The notes under the pieces were generated by a model, which saw only the letters and a list, made by a program, of their open reading frames with translations, searched no databases and was not told the origin of the DNA. From positions 300,248 through 320,247 of the forward strand of contig NW_008246110.1 in NCBI RefSeq assembly GCF_000281045.1: a stretch of 20,000 nucleotides of DNA, in the 5' to 3' direction. The position numbers and the translations under genes are program-made. Every line of letters begins with the position of its first letter. Position 1 is the first letter of the stretch. Positions 18,057 through 20,000 of this stretch are shown here, in pieces. Origin of the DNA: Saprolegnia diclina VS20. Its lineage: Eukaryota.

Positions 18057-19632
18057 TTAGTCGCCGCGATGAGTGAATTGCGCGAGTACGCCGCGGTGGT
18101 CGGACGCGTAGATCGGGCTATTGGGCTCGAGCATGCCGACCGTCTTGGGGTTCGACGACGTGTCGGGCGTCGGCGCTTGACCGATGACGTCGCACGCGTC
18201 GACCTCGCCTTTGCCGCGGAAGAGCACAAAGTCGATGCGCTTGATGGGCGCGTCGCACGGAAACGTCATGTCGTCGTGCCGCGTGGGCTCGGCGCCGTGG
18301 ACCTCGAGCCATGCGTCGCGGAGGTCGGTCGTCTCTCCGCTCAGCGACGCCTTGCCTTGGAGGAATTGGATGCCGCGCGACGAGGGCTCGGCGTTGAGGT
18401 CGCCGAGTAGCACCTGGGTGACGCCTTGGCCCGCTTGCATGTAGTCCCAGATCTCGAGCATCGTTTGCTCTCTCGAGCGCTCGCTGAGCGAGAGGTGCGT
18501 GACATAGACATCGACGAGTCCCCACGAGGGCATGTCCACCACCGCGTGCAGACACAAGCGCTGATGCACGTCGTTCGGGTCGTTGACCTGGCGCGAGAGG
18601 AGCTTGTAGTCGGTGGAGACAATCGGGTACTTGGACACGATTGCGGGGCCTTCTTCAATGTGCTCAAGCGGGTCCCGGTCGTTCAAGTAGCTCATGGCCG
18701 CGCGGTAGACGTACTGCGGGTACGTGGTATGGTCGAGGCGCGCCATGAGGTGCTACACATGCGTTGGCGTGGCGCGAAGGAAGGGCTCTCGGTACCTGGA
18801 TCTGGGCGTGCTGCCCTGGTGGGCCAAACGTAGCGTCGACGCGCACCTCTTGAAACCCAATGATATCAGCGTCGGCCTCATCGAGAAATGTGCCGAGGTG
18901 GTCGAGACGCTTGTTGTACATGCCCCACCGACGGTGGGCGCCGTAGATCTGCGCTGGCGGGTTGACGTTCCAGACGTTGTACGAGAGAATGCGTGGGCCT
19001 TTCGTTGAGGTTGTTGCCATCGGATTCGGGACCGAGCTCGTGTGCTGGAGCAACGTGAACGAGTGCTCGCGCGTATTGAGGTGGACGACCACTTGGTGCA
19101 AAGCGCGATCGCGCGTGTCCTGAAACTCAATGTAAAAATTGACGCCGAGGTTGACAGAGTGCCGAAAGTACACGCTGGTGGTCTGCGGCGTCACGTAGCT
19201 CACGACCTCGTGGTGGTTGATCCCGTCGCGCGTCGCGTCGAGCTGCAAGGCCGAAGCAGAGACCAAGCGGAGGTCGTCGAGCGGCAACGCGAGCGCCAGT
19301 GCCGCTTCGGCGAGTGCGTTTCTCGCAGCGTCCGTCGAGCACTCTTCCAAGTGCATGAGGATGCTGCCATACGCAATTGTGTTCGGGACAGCGCAGGTAT
19401 CTTGACTGTCGGTGGTGCTATCGCAGCTGGTTGGCGTGATGCGGAAGAGGTCGATTGGGTCCGAGGCCGGCACGACCTTGGACGACCGATGCTCCGAGAG
19501 CGTTCGCCCTGTAAAGGTGGGCGGCGACAGAAGCGGTGACATGTGCGTCCATTGCGGCAGCGTGTTGAGGTCAATGGCGCCGACGAGCGAGAGAAGACCG
19601 GCCACCGCCGGCCACACGGCGATCCTGCGCAT
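18057..19632 (-). CDS. Secreted endonuclease/exonuclease/phosphatase (EEP) superfamily protein, ~510 aa
   Basis: Signal-peptide-like MRRIAVWPAVAGLLSLVGA. EEP motifs RILSYNVWN, ADIIGFQEVR, EGPAIVSKYPI, VYVTHLS, VLLGDLNAEP, DAW, KRIDFV, ASDHRGV. One intron 18753-18795. Spliced length 1533 nt = 511 codons. Confidence 0.9.
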
Positions 19633-20000
19633 GAGTTTGCTTTTGGGGCCTCACTTCGGTCGAAGCCACAAATCGAAGTTCGAAGCGGCACGCGTCCGAG
19701 CTTTGACATGGGCCCTATCCTGTCCCAGAGCTTCGCCCAAGAAGAGCCGAGTGCGAGCATCAGCAGTACATTTAACGCTGGGGTCTGACGATGGCGTCAG
19801 ACGAGGCTTTTTGCTATAATACCAGCCACTGTGCCTGCTTTGCAGAATCCTTGTAGTCCGGTACGTGCTTCGACTCAGCGATCTCGTAGAGCTCTGCAGG
19901 GCATGAGCACCAATCGAACCCCAACACCGCACACTTGAGCCGGCAAAGGAGCTGCGCTGCGTGGTGCGCAAGGTGCAAGCAGCAGAGTGCAGAGTGTTCA

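Noticed and set aside
19783..19812. gtctgacg-atgg-cgtcagac hairpin followed by a short T run
   Set aside because: Resembles a bacterial terminator, but the context is eukaryotic and an 8-bp stem is expected by chance in 20 kb.
19770..20000. Possible 3' exons of a minus-strand gene entering from the right edge
   Set aside because: Splice-like sites exist, but no consistent frame or homology could be established from the truncated sequence.
1..20000. CRISPR arrays, transposons, rRNA/tRNA or prokaryotic defence systems
   Set aside because: No repeat-spacer periodicity, terminal repeats, transposase/RT motifs or structural RNA signatures seen; nearly all sequence is explained by eukaryotic protein-coding genes.

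Overview
Gene-dense eukaryotic DNA with GC-rich third codon positions and many very short GT-AG introns (37 inferred, all 37-52 nt). This pattern suggests an oomycete, probably Saprolegniales (inference). Manual splicing gives eight genes, and every spliced model sums to a whole number of codons. (1) A Cys-containing LRR protein (-, 1740 to the left edge; missing from the ORF track). (2) A ~1200-aa peptide:N-glycanase (PNG1/NGLY1; +, 1918-6243) with an unusual order of domains: UBL-like, MABP-like, PNGase core, AZUL-like Zn finger, ConA/LamG-like, jacalin-like, PUB. (3) A divergent NC2beta/Dr1-like histone-fold protein (-). (4) XMAP215/CKAP5 (+, 7960-14173). (5) SLY1/SCFD1 (-). (6) An EEF1AKMT4/METTL13-like methyltransferase with an N-terminal hydrophobic anchor (+). 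(7) A spliced 55-aa single-TM microprotein that the ORF track does not show (-, 17727-17945). (8) A secreted EEP-superfamily phosphoesterase (-). I saw no RNA genes, CRISPR arrays or mobile elements. The best leads are the PNGase architecture, especially its AZUL-like and MABP-like modules, and the hidden microprotein. Domain calls come from motifs recognised by eye, not from database searches.
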